From assembly GCF_000485595.1 (NCBI RefSeq), contig NW_014577064.1, positions 1,208,061-1,249,439 on the forward strand: 41,379 nucleotides of DNA, in the 5' to 3' direction. This document shows, piece by piece, positions 1 through 13,525 of this stretch. A program made the translations under genes and the position numbers. The first letter of the stretch is position 1. The number at the start of each line of letters is the position of its first letter. Below the pieces are notes generated by a model, which saw only the letters and a list, made by a program, of their open reading frames with translations, was not told the DNA's origin and ran no database searches. Source of the DNA: Priapulus caudatus (Eukaryota).

Positions 1-368
1 TGCCTATGTAGTAGTATATGTAATGTATGTCATTATGTAGTAATGTGTAAGAGTGTATGTATGTAGTATGTATGTAATGTATGTAATGTAGTATTGTATG
101 TATGTATTATGATATGTTATTGTCATGTAATTATGTATGACTATTTGGTGTATGATGTATCTAGACGGCGTACAACAACACCGTCTCTCTAGTATGTACT
201 CGCCGTTGATATATCCACCAATCCGGCGTCGTTTCGTTCAAATTCAAGCGTCATAGTCTGCTCAGCCGCGTTACAATATTACTGGCGATTTAAGCCGCAT
301 GGTGGATAAATGCTGAAAGGGAAACGCCGTTGGAACTGAACGATTCCAGGGAAAGGTCAAAAAGTTTA
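1..368 (+). repeat. Third, very noisy partial copy: degenerate (TATG)n plus flank matching 14141-14331
   Basis: ctagacggcgtacaacaacaccgtctctct...aaaagttta matches 14141-14331 with insertions. Ends at an N-gap. Confidence 0.85.
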
Positions 369-393
369 NNNNNNNNNNNNNNNNNNNNNNNNN
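369..393. other. Assembly gap (25 N)
   Basis: Run of N. Confidence 1.
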
Positions 394-900
394 CTCACGG
401 TGTAGCTGGCGTAAATGTTAGAAGTAGACACACGCTGCGTGGGTAGAGGCGAAGTAGAGAGCGACGTGCCGGAGAGAGCTTAAATAATTAAGACGGCCGA
501 GTACTAGGTGTATTTCTTTTCTCTCGATAGAAGGTATATATAGATAGTCTCTGAACAATGACGAGGCAGCAACGCGTGCCGTGTTATTACCTACTCCTAA
601 ACCATGGCGTATGATGATGATCGAAGCTAAGAGTGAGTAGGTTATATTCGTGGCTGAAGACGTTGAATGTCGCATAAGAAAATCACAGCTATTAGTTTTA
701 CGAAACAAAAACAGTTGTCTTTTAGGACTTACAACCGTGTCAGGTTGGTGGCCCCGTGAGTCGCTGCATTTCTAATCATACCTATGTATATATGTAGGTA
801 TTTAGATTTGATATATTTTTATTAATTATCATAACATATATCGATATTTATATTATTAGTTATTGCGCACATGTAATATATTGTATATATGAAATGAATA
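394..900 (+). repeat. Noisy duplicate of about 17504-17940
   Basis: ctcacg(g)tgtagctggcg...ggctgaagacgttgaatgtcgcat...ttacaaccgtgtcaggttggt is shared, with insertion-type differences. Confidence 0.88.
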
Positions 901-2407
901 ATACTAATAGGTGTAAGAACAGTATTGTATAGTCCGCGAAGATCAGTGCACACAAATTATTTGGTCCTTGTTTTTATGATTAAGACAATAATATTGTTAA
1001 TATAGATACTATTATTTAATTTTAATTTTAATATATCAATTTTCCCGTCTATTTATTAGTCCAGCACATGTAATCTCGTTTATTATATCTAGCGATTTGC
1101 CAACCAATCCGATTCGTGTCTATCATGTCTGTCCTTGCTCCGTCCGACCCTTAAGGCCAACAACGAGTCCGAAGCAGGCGCTTGCGCTTGGATTAAGCTT
1201 CACGGCGCGAATTCAAGTATTCATTTACTATCAGTTAATTCATCTCATTCACTATTACATTTAGGGGCTAATCAATAATGGCATATAAGCTTGATTATAT
1301 ATATAGGCGGATAAGCAAGGCTCGCATTTTTGCAATAATTATTCCTAATGTGTCTTGAGTACCAATGTTCCGCGTGCATTGATCAGGTCTCGCTAGGCCG
1401 CTCAGTTATCGTTACGGCAAAGACGTATTAGAAGTGTCTTTAAGATATGAAGTAATTTCGGCCTCTCATCAATATGATGATCGGACGATTATAGCCACGC
1501 GTCGATTTTTGAATATCCCTCCTTCAGGCAATTTTGGCAGTCTGATTATATCGTAAGAGGTCGTGCACAGATGACGTGGCTCCACTATGGATTTGAATGG
1601 GCACTATTAACGACATACCGACGGCACTACGATGTAAGATAGCATGGTCCGTGTGCGAGTATACTATCTACATCTACATCTCTACACTGTCCTTGCCCGT
1701 GGCACCCGAAATAGCTGCGCATTCGGATTACCAAAATGTCAAAAGCGCGTGTCGGCATTTCCGCTGTTGCAAGTGTCGACAGCAGTTCTGTTCCGTCCGT
1801 GATGCGCGTTGGTTCTATACTTTCTGTCAACTAAATCTGCGCGACCAACTTGGCTCATTAGCAGAATAAAACCGTGCGCGTGGAGCGCGAGGGATCGTTC
1901 TAAGGCACTTGACGGTTATTGTGCGCGGAACGGTCGCGACTAGTCGCCAGGGTTTACTCAAGAGCAATAGCGAAGGCGACTGGGATCGAGTCGGGTGCCT
2001 CGTTGCCCCGCTTCTAAGAGGACAACGCCAATGCGCTAAAGAAGCCGGTGACGCGGTGAGATGACGATGACGATTGTCGCCGGCGTGGCGATGGATCGCT
2101 CTCGGGCTGGGTATGTTGGCGAGTGCATTGCTGGCCAATCGTAGCTTATGCGGCGATAATATGTACAGTATGCGTGAGACGCACAATATGTACTTGATAC
2201 ATTATTGCACGCCAAGAGAAAGGCACAATGCAAGTGGACCGAGCAACGAACGACAGCGTACGCCGCAAGCAGACAAGCGAGGTCGTGATGTAAGAGAGAA
2301 AACCGGAGGCTCTTACGGAGAAAAAATATCCGAACATCGGAGAGTGAGAAGTTAACGACCCATATTAAGAGCAGGGACGCGGGGGCAAGAGACGACAGGA
2401 CAGACAG

Positions 2408-2634
2408 CACACACACCTAGCAAACATCAGCCTCCGCCGGTACATACGCGCCCAGCACCATCAACGCAACCCGTGCACACACACACACAAGCGGTGACCA
2501 CAGCACCCACGGACGAGCCACACACACACCACACACACACACAGCACACACACATATATCGGATGGATGTCACGTTTTGAGCGTGTCGACAGCGCGGCTG
2601 GCATGCGGGAGCAGGAGATTAGAGAGATCGAGAT

Positions 2635-2666
<32 letters not shown>

Positions 2667-2815
2667 GAAGAGAGAGGCGAGCGAGAGAAGAGACGAAGAG
2701 AGAGAGAGAGCGCGCGGAGAGGGAGAGCGAGACAAAGAGATGGAGAGAGAAAGAGTCATATATATCTATATCGAGAGAGAGAGAAGGAGAACGAGAGAGG
2801 GGGAGGAAGAGAGAA
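2408..2815 (+). repeat. Degenerate (CA)n followed by (GA)n
   Basis: Directly visible. Confidence 0.9.
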
Positions 2816-2958
2816 AAGGCTGCATAGGTCAAAACAAGATTAAATATTCCACAGAACCGACAGGACCTTTCTTCTTTTCCAATCACAGAGGAATCGTATG
2901 TCTAACAGCTATCTAAAATTGTAAGATCAGCGAGGCGACACTGCAGTGAGCGCAAGGG

Positions 2959-5868
2959 TGTAGAGCGCCAAACAAGAGACGTAAATTACTGTTAGATTGC
3001 AGCCGCAAGGGAATTGCTCTGTGGCGCTTAACGCATTGAGTCTTTGACGAATCTCGTGCGAGTGACAGCTAATAAGAATTTTACTGCCATGGACTTAGTA
3101 ATCAACGTCTAGGATTGATTTGGCATTAGTGCGAGTAGTTTGCTTGGCATGCCGTCAAGCGTCGGTTGCAAATTCAATCTGAAGTCAAAAAGGTTTATTC
3201 ACACCGTTCTTAGTTGCATTGGATAAATATCAATGTATGGTTGTGATGCTATGGTATGTATGTATGTATGTATGCTATGCTATGTATGTATGGTATGTAT
3301 GTATGTTATGTATGTATGTATGTATTGTAATGGTATGTATGTATGCTATGTATGATTATGGTATGTATGTATGGTATGTATGTATGTATGTATTGGTATG
3401 CTATGTTTATGTATTGTATGGTCATTAGTATGCTAGCGTATGTATGCTATGTATTATGTATGGTATGTATGTATGTATGTATGTATGTATGTATGTGATG
3501 TAAATGTATGTATGCTATGTATGTATGTATGTAATGTAGTACGGTAGCGTAGTGTACGTAACGTTACGTACGTAACGCTACGTACGGTACGTATGTAGTG
3601 TCGTGTATGTATGGTTATGGGTACGTACGGTACGTACGTACGTTACGTACGGTAGAGTAGCGTCACTAGCGGCTATAGTGCACGTATGTAGCGGTATGTA
3701 TGTCATGTAGATGGTATTGTGATCGTATTATCCTGTTTATGCTATGTATGTATGTATGTATCGGTATGTATCGTATGTAAATATGGTATGGTATGTATGT
3801 ATGTATGGTATGTATGTATGTGATGTATGTATGTATGTGTGCCTATGTATGTATGTATGTATGTAAATGTTATGTATGGTATGGTATGTATGTAGTGTAG
3901 TCGTATTTTGGTATGTATTGCTATCTAGACGCTGTGTACATAGCGAACACACGTCTGCTCTATATGTATCTTGATATTATCGCACCCATCCGGCGTCGTT
4001 TGTTCAAAGTTGAAGTCGGTCATAGTCGCTTCTTTCAGCCCGTTACAGATATATACTGGTCGATTTTAACGCATGTGTATAAATGCTAAAGGGAACCGGG
4101 AACTCGATTTCATTGAAAGTCAATAAGTTTAATTCGCTCTCATTCTTTTCTCGGCGCGTGGGGGTTTATCTTACTTCTGTCTTCTACTAAGCGTCTGTCT
4201 CCCCCCCCGCGCAAGTGTCACTTGTGACTGTCTACGCGCCACCCCATGCAAAATCGACGCTAGTCATCTTATTTCGTTACTAATCCAGTAGACAATCGTA
4301 TTCTTGAAAGTTTGAAAGTGAACGCTCACGCGTGCGCGACAGTGAGGTGACATTACTGACGCAGGACGACAAAGTATGTTCGCAGATCGGCGCTGGCGCC
4401 GCGGCGTGTAGGTGTCTGTTATTGGTCAAATGCTTCCAAGCCGCCGATCGCATCGATGGAGTATATTAGGCCGCTGACGGGAGCAGTATCGGCCTAACAT
4501 TCGAAGAACCTGCCACGCTTAGAAGAACGATGCGAAGCGAAATCGAGCCGCGAGAAGGATTTTCAGCAACGACAAAGGTAAGCTGACAACAACATCTAGT
4601 CTATCTCACAGCGAGTCAATTCACCCATGTGATATTTGCGTAATTTGTGCGAGTTTGTCTATGGGCCTGTGTCTGTGAGCGGCTATTGCATGAAGTTTCA
4701 GTCTATGCGGATTAAAAACGTCATTAAAGCATTCGTGACATGGCAAACAATGTTCTTGGCTTAAATTTAAGCGGGTCTTAAACTGAAACATTGAAAAGCT
4801 ACTACTGAGTTTTGTATACACGCTAATGCTTTAATCGCGCTTTTCGTTAATATATAGGTCGTGTATACTTTTTGACTATTATATATAATTTTGATTAAAA
4901 TGTACTAAGTGAAATAGTACGTATGTGGTATCGTAGAACGCGTGTTTAGACAAATCATAATTCTGGGCAGTGCACGCGCAGTCGTTAGGTTTACATTATT
5001 TTCCAAAGGATCGTAATAGTTATGTATAAAATTTAGCAGGGAAATCCAATGAAGGCGATAGTCATCTTATCGGGTTTTATATACGCCTATTTGTCAATGC
5101 GTAGCTGTGCGAGACCCGACGGCTCGCATTAACTATGGAAGCCTGGTCTATTCTCTGGTATGATTCGATCGTCTGTTCGTCTTGCGCGGCCTCACATGTT
5201 ACGCTTCATTTCATTCGGGCGTAGTTTATCATCAGAGAGTCGTCTGGCTCGTCATGCGAGCTCGTGTGGTCTTTACATCACAACCGCCTAAATATAGCTC
5301 TGTCGGCTTCACGATCTGCCCCCAAAGGAATTATAGATATCGCCGCGAAGCCAAACGAGTTTTAGCGAAGAATTGGTATTCATATCGGCATTTCGCAGGC
5401 ATTGTTATGCGGCACATGCGCGTGTTTTGCTGTCGGCTTGCTATTTCGATGACGGTCGTTTGGCTTGGCACGTGAGTCAAATACAGAAGAAGCGGATGAA
5501 TTTCTATTACTGAAAGTTCGGCAATCTGCGATCTGATGCATTGCAGCAAGTATACCAGCGGCTGGCGTGTTGAAGATATTGGAGCGTTCGGATCCAAAAT
5601 GCATTGCGTTGCCGTGTTTGGGCGCGCCGGTTCATCTGAATTTCGTGCTTTATCGCTTTAAGGCGGTAAGAAAAGTTGGTGAGGTTTGTTAAATCGGCAT
5701 TCGGCTGTCAACCGCGGAGAAAACATGAGGATTTGTACTGTGCTATGCTATTCAATGAAATAATTGGGCTTCTTTCCTGTTTTATGATTGTGTAGCGTAA
5801 TAAACGTCATTGTCATTTCAACTATGTGTGTACGAATTGTTTCTTTATATCACATAGCATTCGTAAGA

Positions 5869-5913
<45 letters not shown>
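2959..5913 (+). repeat. Noisy duplicate of 13280-16013
   Basis: Colinear throughout. The stretch between shared anchors is 1942 nt (3925-5867) versus 1823 nt (14141-15964), the excess being scattered single-base insertions. Confidence 0.92.
4356..4577 (+). promoter_or_regulatory. Error-laden second copy of the promoter and first exon at 14541-14746
   Basis: Same TGACG, ATTGG, degraded TATA (gtatattagg) and AAG|GTAAGC donor (GT 4578), with many single-base insertions. Confidence 0.5.
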
Positions 5914-5914
<1 letters not shown>

Positions 5915-6371
5915 CCTATGTGTACGCCATGTAGTAGCATTTGTAACTAGCCTCTCTAACTTGCTCTAGTTCTCGCGACTAACCATTGTAAGAGTGCCTT
6001 CAGTGGAGCATATCTATGCCGTTCAAGTATTATCATTATTTCAATAATTGAATACAGCGGAACCGATGTATATGCAGAGAATATACGAGAAAACCAACAT
6101 TAACTAACGATTTCATGTCTAATTTACAACACCAACTCGAGTGTGTAGTGGAGGGCGTGTTAATGCGAGAAATCATACAAACCCCAAATTTATCGGCATT
6201 TTCCGCATCGCAGAGAATATAGGTGATTGCAATTTTCTTGATGGATAGTATTCTTGCTGATAGCACCGTTTGAATCGTTAAGCGCGAGTGTATGAGAGAA
6301 GTTATATGTCGCATTCATAGGTATGACATTCGAGCGTGCGTGTCGGCTGTCCGCAACAGTCCGGATTGACT

Positions 6372-7042
6372 ATCATTTCACTCCAACAAAGGATATTTAT
6401 GGTAAATTTCGAAACGATTCGATGCTGCCCAATTGATATGGGAGAATGTGACAAGTTAGTTATCAGGATGGATTTCACATAATCGCCCTAATCACCTATC
6501 TGCATGAATACGGAATATCGGTGACTTTGATCTTTCTTTACCGCTAACGGTTACTTATAACAGCAGATTTTGTCGATTTGGTTTTGTTTTATTGGTTACT
6601 CCCATTCGGGTTCTATAAGGTTTTCGATATATGTTTAATATATATATTTTATATCTATGAGCTTCTCCTATGAGACATCCACTAATCGCCAGTTGACTGC
6701 AGCATGAATGAATAATAGTTCTGATGGCGGGTTATCGGTGGTTGTGTAACGTCTTACCAGTGCAGTGCAAAAGCGAGCGCTCTGATATTACTAGACTACT
6801 TGTGATCGCAATTAAGAGATTGACCGGCAATCCTGGCGTAGCTATGGTGACGAGGGATTCTCTAGTAGAGTGGCGTTTCGTGTTCGGTACTACGACGCAC
6901 GTTCTCGCCCGACGTGATCACGTTGTTCTCAGCAGGTGTTTGCCATTATCCTTGTCAGTGGTAACCGCTGTTTGCGTCTCTCTAAAGTTGAGAGTAGCTG
7001 TTCAGCCAAGGGTATATTCCGTACGTCGCTATCTTTTGCAAG
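6372..7042 (+). repeat. Dispersed partial copy of the 737-bp unit
   Basis: Near-identical to about 18661-19330 (ORFs 6724 and 19011 translate almost identically). Followed by (AG)n. Confidence 0.92.
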
Positions 7043-9357
7043 AGAGAGAGAGAGAGCGAGAAATAATATATATCGTATAGTCTATACATAGAGTCGGCGT
7101 CATGAGTTACGTGAAAACTCGGCTTTAGCTATTGGCCTATTCTATGATAATACTACTTCTTGGAGTGGTATCATGGCGTCCGGTGGCAGCATGTAGTAAC
7201 CGCTAAGAGCTATCCAGTTAGTATATACAGATTAGTTCACACTTAGCGCGCGCGGGTCACTAACATTTATATTCGCACTAAAATTGCGCACTGCGAACAA
7301 CGATGGTAATCCGCCGATAGACGCTTAGCCTATTGATCGCGAAATGTAGGCAAAAGCAAAACATAGAAAGTAGACTGAAGAAATTTTAGGAGAAACGAAT
7401 ACAGATTCTATTCATGTACGCCTGGTAATAATGTTGCACCTGCTTAGTTATGAACAAGAAAAAGATAATGCGTTCTGAGAAAACGTATTCACAGACTATT
7501 AACCAGTGCATACACGATATAGAAAATATCTCGCAGTGAACACACACGTATATATTCCATAGTGTGCAAACAATATGGCAAATTTGTAAACTATAAAATG
7601 GCGGTAGTACGACTAGACAGAATAAGCGAACGAGTCTTTTTTGTGATCGTTTTTTTTATGCTATATTTGTTATATAAAGATGTCCTGTATCTTAGGTCTA
7701 GTCATAAATCTAGTGCATTAGTTTCTGATCTAATATCTGTTTAGGCCGGTTAAATTCAATCGGATACATCAATCAATAGATATTATAATTACAATCGTAA
7801 TAAGACGGTATAATTGGCAAATTATGCGATATCGCGTCTACGATAATGATTCGATGTGATCCGAAAATCTTCTTTTAAAATTTGCTTGTAACCGCTAATG
7901 GTCTGACGTCGTTCGTGAAACATGGGCGCTCTTACAATGGCTACGATCATTGATTATTTACGTAACTAAAATATTCGCCTTTTCAGTGAACGCGGATTAT
8001 TGATGTGTAGCCGTCCTCATGTAAAGCGAGCAATATATGAGAGTGGCAGGATCAGCTTTTCATTAGATAATATTCTCCTTTACCAATCAATAAAACAAAG
8101 ATTGCGTTAACAGTCACTAGATGTCGTTGCAAAGACAGATGCGTCTAAAAAATTAACAAGAATTGTTACGCATAATACAAAGAAAAAGTGCTGACAAGGA
8201 AAGAAGTAGAATAAACGCATGGACTAATATTGTTGCTCGCAGTCAGGTTGAATAGAAGCCATACATGCAAAGCAGAAATATGTTGCAAGAAGAAGATAAG
8301 GAAATGTCGTGACGTCACTGTGATCTTTCGTCGCCGTTTTGCTTCGTCTATCAATTTAATGCACCGCAAGAGAATATCGTAGATCGATAAATTTTGCATC
8401 AAAATATTATCATTAAATTTCTCAGGAGATATCGACGTAATTCGATTAATCCGTGAACGCGTCTACCCATCATATCTAACCAGACGCATTCGGCGGCTGA
8501 CATGCGCCGAGCGACTCCTCGTCCCCAGTCGATTATAGAGGGGATTTTAATATTATTTGTCTTTCATAATAACGTGCGTCATCATAGGCGTGTCCCGCAG
8601 GAGTCGTCTCCACTATTGTCGCGGTGGAGCCACCGTCGACCGCACACGGCGCGTGCGTCTCCATCGGAAGTTTAATCTGCAACGCCGCGAAGCTGTGGGA
8701 ATACCAACGACGCATTGGCGGATGCGTTTCCCGCGTCTCATACTAGCATGTTCAGCATACTAGCACGTTCGTCATGCTAGCAGCGGATGCTATACCGGAG
8801 TGCGACAGAAAGCTGACGCGTTCATTGCTTACGCGCGCTTGCACACGCGCAGGCGCGCGGGTGGCTGGTAACATGAGCAGTCCGACTTGCTACATTACCG
8901 GAGCCGATGCGATTACGTCACTACGCGTCACTATACCTATTGCCACGGACGCCAGCGATAATAGACTATATGATAAATCTACGGTGTTACGTCACAAGGT
9001 TTGATGGGTGAATTGGCACCTTGCTAATTTTGTGTGCAGATGCATTTGCGTGTCGAGTACACGAGATCGATATATTCGTAGAGGCAATTGAAAGGTTTAC
9101 TGGACGTGTTTATCAATGCGGATGAAATACACGTTTTCACTAAGTGTGCACGATAAAGATTACGCGTGCAAAGATTTCGTTGTAAAATGCGCGTATGTCT
9201 GAAAACAAGCCTTTATATTATCATTCAACATGCAGGGTAATATGAGCTATATTTTTCGGTAGCTTGTCATTTCTAAATTTCTTTCTTTATTTCTTTCTTT
9301 AGATGTTTATTTCTTTATCTGCGTGTCTATGAGTTTCATTATGCCGAAATCACTGGA

Positions 9358-9423
9358 ACAACAACAACAGCAACAACGACACCCACAAAAACTACTATGT
9401 ACTACCATTACAACAACTACTAG

Positions 9424-9470
<47 letters not shown>
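9358..9470 (+). repeat. (CAA)n/(CTA)n trinucleotide microsatellite
   Basis: Directly visible. Confidence 0.93.
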
Positions 9471-10735
9471 TTAATTGCAATTAAACTAGATCTATTGAGG
9501 TAATTTTGCACCATATATAGTGCATAATAGAGTTATTTAGCACAGTCTGGATATTTCCTAGTGGCGCCACACCCGCGTAACTTATTTACGTTTGACTAGG
9601 GCGACTGAAACGTGACGTCACACAATATCGCGAGCGATTGCTGGGACATACCCGAGTTAACTGGTATAAAGAAATTCCATGTTAACTGTATTGGTATATC
9701 CTGATTGGCTCGGTGGCCAAAGGGTAATTAAAAATGCCCTAATTATTTTGGCGTTTTCCCCGATACTAGGTTTCAATGAAGCGAGAAATTAGCCGACCTT
9801 GGAATCAGTCTCTCGCTCCAATATTCCCCGCGTGTAACCTCCTATTTTAGTGTCGTCTGCTCCACACGATCACGTGACACGCTAATGGCAATGTCAACTT
9901 CAGGCGAAGGTTCGTGGTACGCGTGACGTGATGTGTGGCATGTAGTGTCGCGCTGTTTGCTAGCCTTTCTAAAGCGAGGGATGTACGTACCGTCTACATT
10001 TCGCTTTCGATGATAATGGGACACAATCGCCTTGAATCGGCTGCATAGAGGAACTGCGTACGAGTGGGCCTGCTCTATAGACGCACTTGTATAATAACGG
10101 CGGCCAGTTATAGACGAGCGAAGGAATACAACTGCAGTAATTGCACTACATGTGTCTTTCATCTGTCGCATATATATCATGCCTTCTATTTCGCTCGTTG
10201 TCGCCGACAGCATTAGCAATACTCGCCTCTTAATAACCCTGCGTGAAGTGTTGTCATCGTGATTATATGCGCAGCGCGTTGAAGCTGGCTGCCTATTAGT
10301 TCGGAGGCTGGAGATATTTGCTAAGAAATTTCAAAGCCGTATTTTTATTTCTACAGAGAAAGGCGAACGGCAATTATAATGCATCTCCGAATAATATTAT
10401 AACCAGCGTATAGGTAATATTGTAAGCGATTATAGCGTTCAATAACACACAAACTATATTTGCCTGTTATCGCTAAATACATATAACGTGTTAAACGCGT
10501 GCCTCGGTTTTCTTTATGTATGTAGTTTCCCATAAGGCGTTATCTCCTTCCGCTTTTTCTGGGTCTCTCTCTCTTCTTTCTCCATATTTTACAATCCCCA
10601 TCTTCCCCTTCCTCTCACCCGTTTTCGCGAACCCGCTGTTTAGGGTGGAAAGTGAGGTTATATAACACTTCTTAAAACAGAATAAATTAATAGCTTAACA
10701 GGTAGCAGCCGGCTGTTGTTTGACAGCTTTGCAGA

Positions 10736-10791
10736 TTCCGGTTCCGGTCGACATAGTTTCCGGTTCCGGTCGACATAGTTTCCGGATCCGG
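10736..10791 (+). repeat. 22-bp tandem repeat TTCCGGTTCCGGTCGACATAGT x ~2.5
   Basis: ACATAG at 10751 and 10773. Five TCCGG/CCGG motifs or more. Confidence 0.9.
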
Positions 10792-11241
10792 ACGCCACTT
10801 GTCGTTATCTCGGCGTGGTGGCGACCATGTACCACGGCGTATTCCCCAGATGAACTCTGAGTCACAGCGCAAATATCGAAATTAAAGTTTCGCATCAGTT
10901 GCCGTCAATCATAAGCCCGTGCATTAACAGCGCATTCACGCTTCTTTACTTCTCCGAAAATCAACTCCCAGCGGATGGCCGAGGAATAATCTATGTATCA
11001 TTATCACGTATGTATAGCTTAATAAAGTAAAAGTCCCTCTACCGTGTCACTCATGGCACTTCCTAATCACATTTTCGCAAAAACAAAAGGTTTGATGACT
11101 TACTCTTGATCTGTTAGCGGTCATCCTATAGTGCTATTTTTAATTAATTTTGAAGTCCTGCAACGCATGAACGCATGTCTATATTTACGCTGTGGTCGGG
11201 TAAAGACTGAGCAATTGATTTACGCGTGATTGTGTCTGCAG

Positions 11242-11247
11242 AAATAG
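11242..11247 (+). other. Candidate 6-nt microexon AAATAG
   Basis: tgtgtctgcag|AAATAG|gtgagt: adjacent acceptor and consensus donor, frame-preserving, about 540 nt upstream of the FGKR exon. Confidence 0.35.
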
Positions 11248-11279
11248 GTGAGTAGATACGTATTAAAAGAGTACCCCAC

Positions 11280-11547
11280 AGACACGCATGCACGCATGCA
11301 CGCATGCACGAACAGCCATGCATGTGCAAACACGCACGTGCACGCCCGCATCACTCATCATACACTCACATGCACACAACACACACACAACGACACACCA
11401 CACACGCACGCACACACCACACACAAACACACACACCACACACACACACACACACAGCACACACATACACACATACACACACACACACAACACAACACAC
11501 ACGCACCACAGCACACCACCACACGCGACGCACGCACACACAGCACA

Positions 11548-11591
<44 letters not shown>

Positions 11592-11624
11592 CACCCACAC
11601 ACACATGCACACACACACACACAC

Positions 11625-11703
<79 letters not shown>
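11280..11703 (+). repeat. (CA)n + (TA)n microsatellite, intronic upstream of the FGKR exon
   Basis: Directly visible. Confidence 0.95.
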
Positions 11704-11786
11704 AATATCAGCAAACATGCGCCATGCCGAGCAATGGCTATACAAAAGAAGACACGCGTTAAACCGCATTTGCTCGTGTATTTCAG

Positions 11787-11874
11787 ATTTGGAAAACGGA
11801 CATTCGATGATTTGCGAGAGTTCGTTCAACGAGACTCGCTTGAGAAGCCGTGGTACGAATCAATACTCCAGTAA
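11787..11874 (+). CDS. NPF: Terminal coding exon of an NPF/RFamide precursor: (R)FGKR + C-terminal flanking peptide TFDDLREFVQRDSLEKPWYESILQ*
   Basis: Acceptor gtgtatttcag| is followed by A TTT GGA AAA CGG: one base completes a phase-2 Arg codon, then Phe, the Gly amidation donor and a KR cleavage site. A 24-aa tail runs to TAA at 11872-11874. The phase is compatible with an exon ending CG| or AG|. AATAAA occurs near 12320. Confidence 0.8.
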
Positions 11875-12198
11875 AGATGTGAATGAACCATTGTCACCGG
11901 TGTTACAGCGCCTTGTCACAGGTGTCTGTGATACAATGCATAACCATCCTCGCTGATAATGATTCTCGTGTATACTACCTCGCGCGCTAACTCTAACTTG
12001 TACTTTGTATCTTGTAACTTAAGGTCCGAAGAATTTTTCACATACTGGAAGACTGGCTTGTGGGATAATTATCCAAACAACAAAGATGGGCGCAAAGGCA
12101 TCTCGATATTTATACGATATTATGGTCGATATTAGGCGCATTTTAGGATCCGATATTAGGATCGATATCGATATCAGGTTCTCGATATTTTATAAAGG

Positions 12199-12247
12199 AC
12201 ACACACACACACACAGACACACACACACCACACACAACCACATACAA

Positions 12248-12293
<46 letters not shown>

Positions 12294-12362
12294 ACACACA
12301 GGTATTCTGTGTATAAAATAATAAATAAATATATAAATGAATATATATATTATATATATATA
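12199..12362 (+). repeat. (CA)n and AT-rich simple repeat
   Basis: Directly visible. Confidence 0.9.
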
Positions 12363-13169
12363 TTTATGTATCGGTGGCTTGACAAGGCCGTTCACCTGTT
12401 AACTCTCGCCAGCGTGACAGAAGGTCATCGCCTGACACCATACACACAGCTCTAAAAAACTCTACATATGTACTCTGAGCACTTTACAAATGAGCCTTTC
12501 AAGGAAGTTTATTGCGCAGGAACATGAAATAGCTAGTCTATGTTTCCAGACGTTCATGCAGCCGGCAGGAGCATATATACGCGTCGCATACTACTACGCC
12601 TCACGCAAGCACGGAGTGAAGATATTGCTGGCGTCAATGCACAGACATCGCCTCGAAATTCAGTGGGCCAAACCTTTTCCTGTGATCTTCGCAAGTTTTC
12701 TCATTCTATCAACGAAATGATTACAGAGCGACGCGGCGCAGAAACGCCGGCGACACTTGTCGTCACAGAACGCGCGCCGACATTTTCCGAAAATTGAATG
12801 ATTGATGGAGCCGATATAGCAGCCCTCTCAAAGAGAACCACTTCGTTAGCAACGCAGACGTTTGAAATCTTATTCATGAGTCGGCGGAGAGATCATTTTA
12901 ATTTCCCCCTGCCGTTAGTTTAGTGCAGTCGTGTAATCGCGGCATTATAAAGCGTAATTATCTTTTTTTGCTATTGTATTAAGTTATTGCCTGCATTGCA
13001 TATCGATTCCGACCTGTAAGATAACGTAACCCCGTGTAGAATAATGTGTTTATTAGGTAACAGCTCTCGAACTTTCAAAATGTCAACCAAACTTCGTCAC
13101 AGATTTAGGGCAGGGATCGTTGTTTACGAGAAATAAGAAGAATACGAAGAAAATCAGCAATTAACTTAC

Positions 13170-13211
13170 TCACGCACCTACGCACGCACCTACGCAAACA
13201 CCCCCCCACAC

Positions 13212-13265
<54 letters not shown>

Positions 13266-13279
13266 CCACNNNNNNNNNN
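13170..13279 (+). repeat. (CA)n running into a 10-N gap (13270-13279)
   Basis: Directly visible. Confidence 0.93.
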
Positions 13280-13525
13280 TGTAGAGACACAAACAAGAGA
13301 CGTAAATTACTGGATTCACGCAAGGAATTGCTCTGCGCTTAACATTTGATCTTTGACAATCTCGTGCGAGTGACAGCTAATAAGAATTTACTGGCCATGA
13401 CTTAGTAATAACGGGTCTAGGATTGATTTGGGATTAGTCATGTTGCTTGCAGCGTCACACGGTTGCAAATTAAATCTGAATCAAAAAGGTTTATTCACCG
13501 ATTCTTATTGCATTGGATAATATCA

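Noticed and set aside
2074..2355. Signal-peptide-like ORF (WIALGLGMLASALLA)
   Set aside because: TTG start, noisy region, no recognisable splice frame or peptide motif.
11248..11786. 208-aa His/Thr-rich ORF and overlapping CV-repeat ORFs
   Set aside because: Translation of (CA)n. Only the portion after the acceptor at 11786 is credible.
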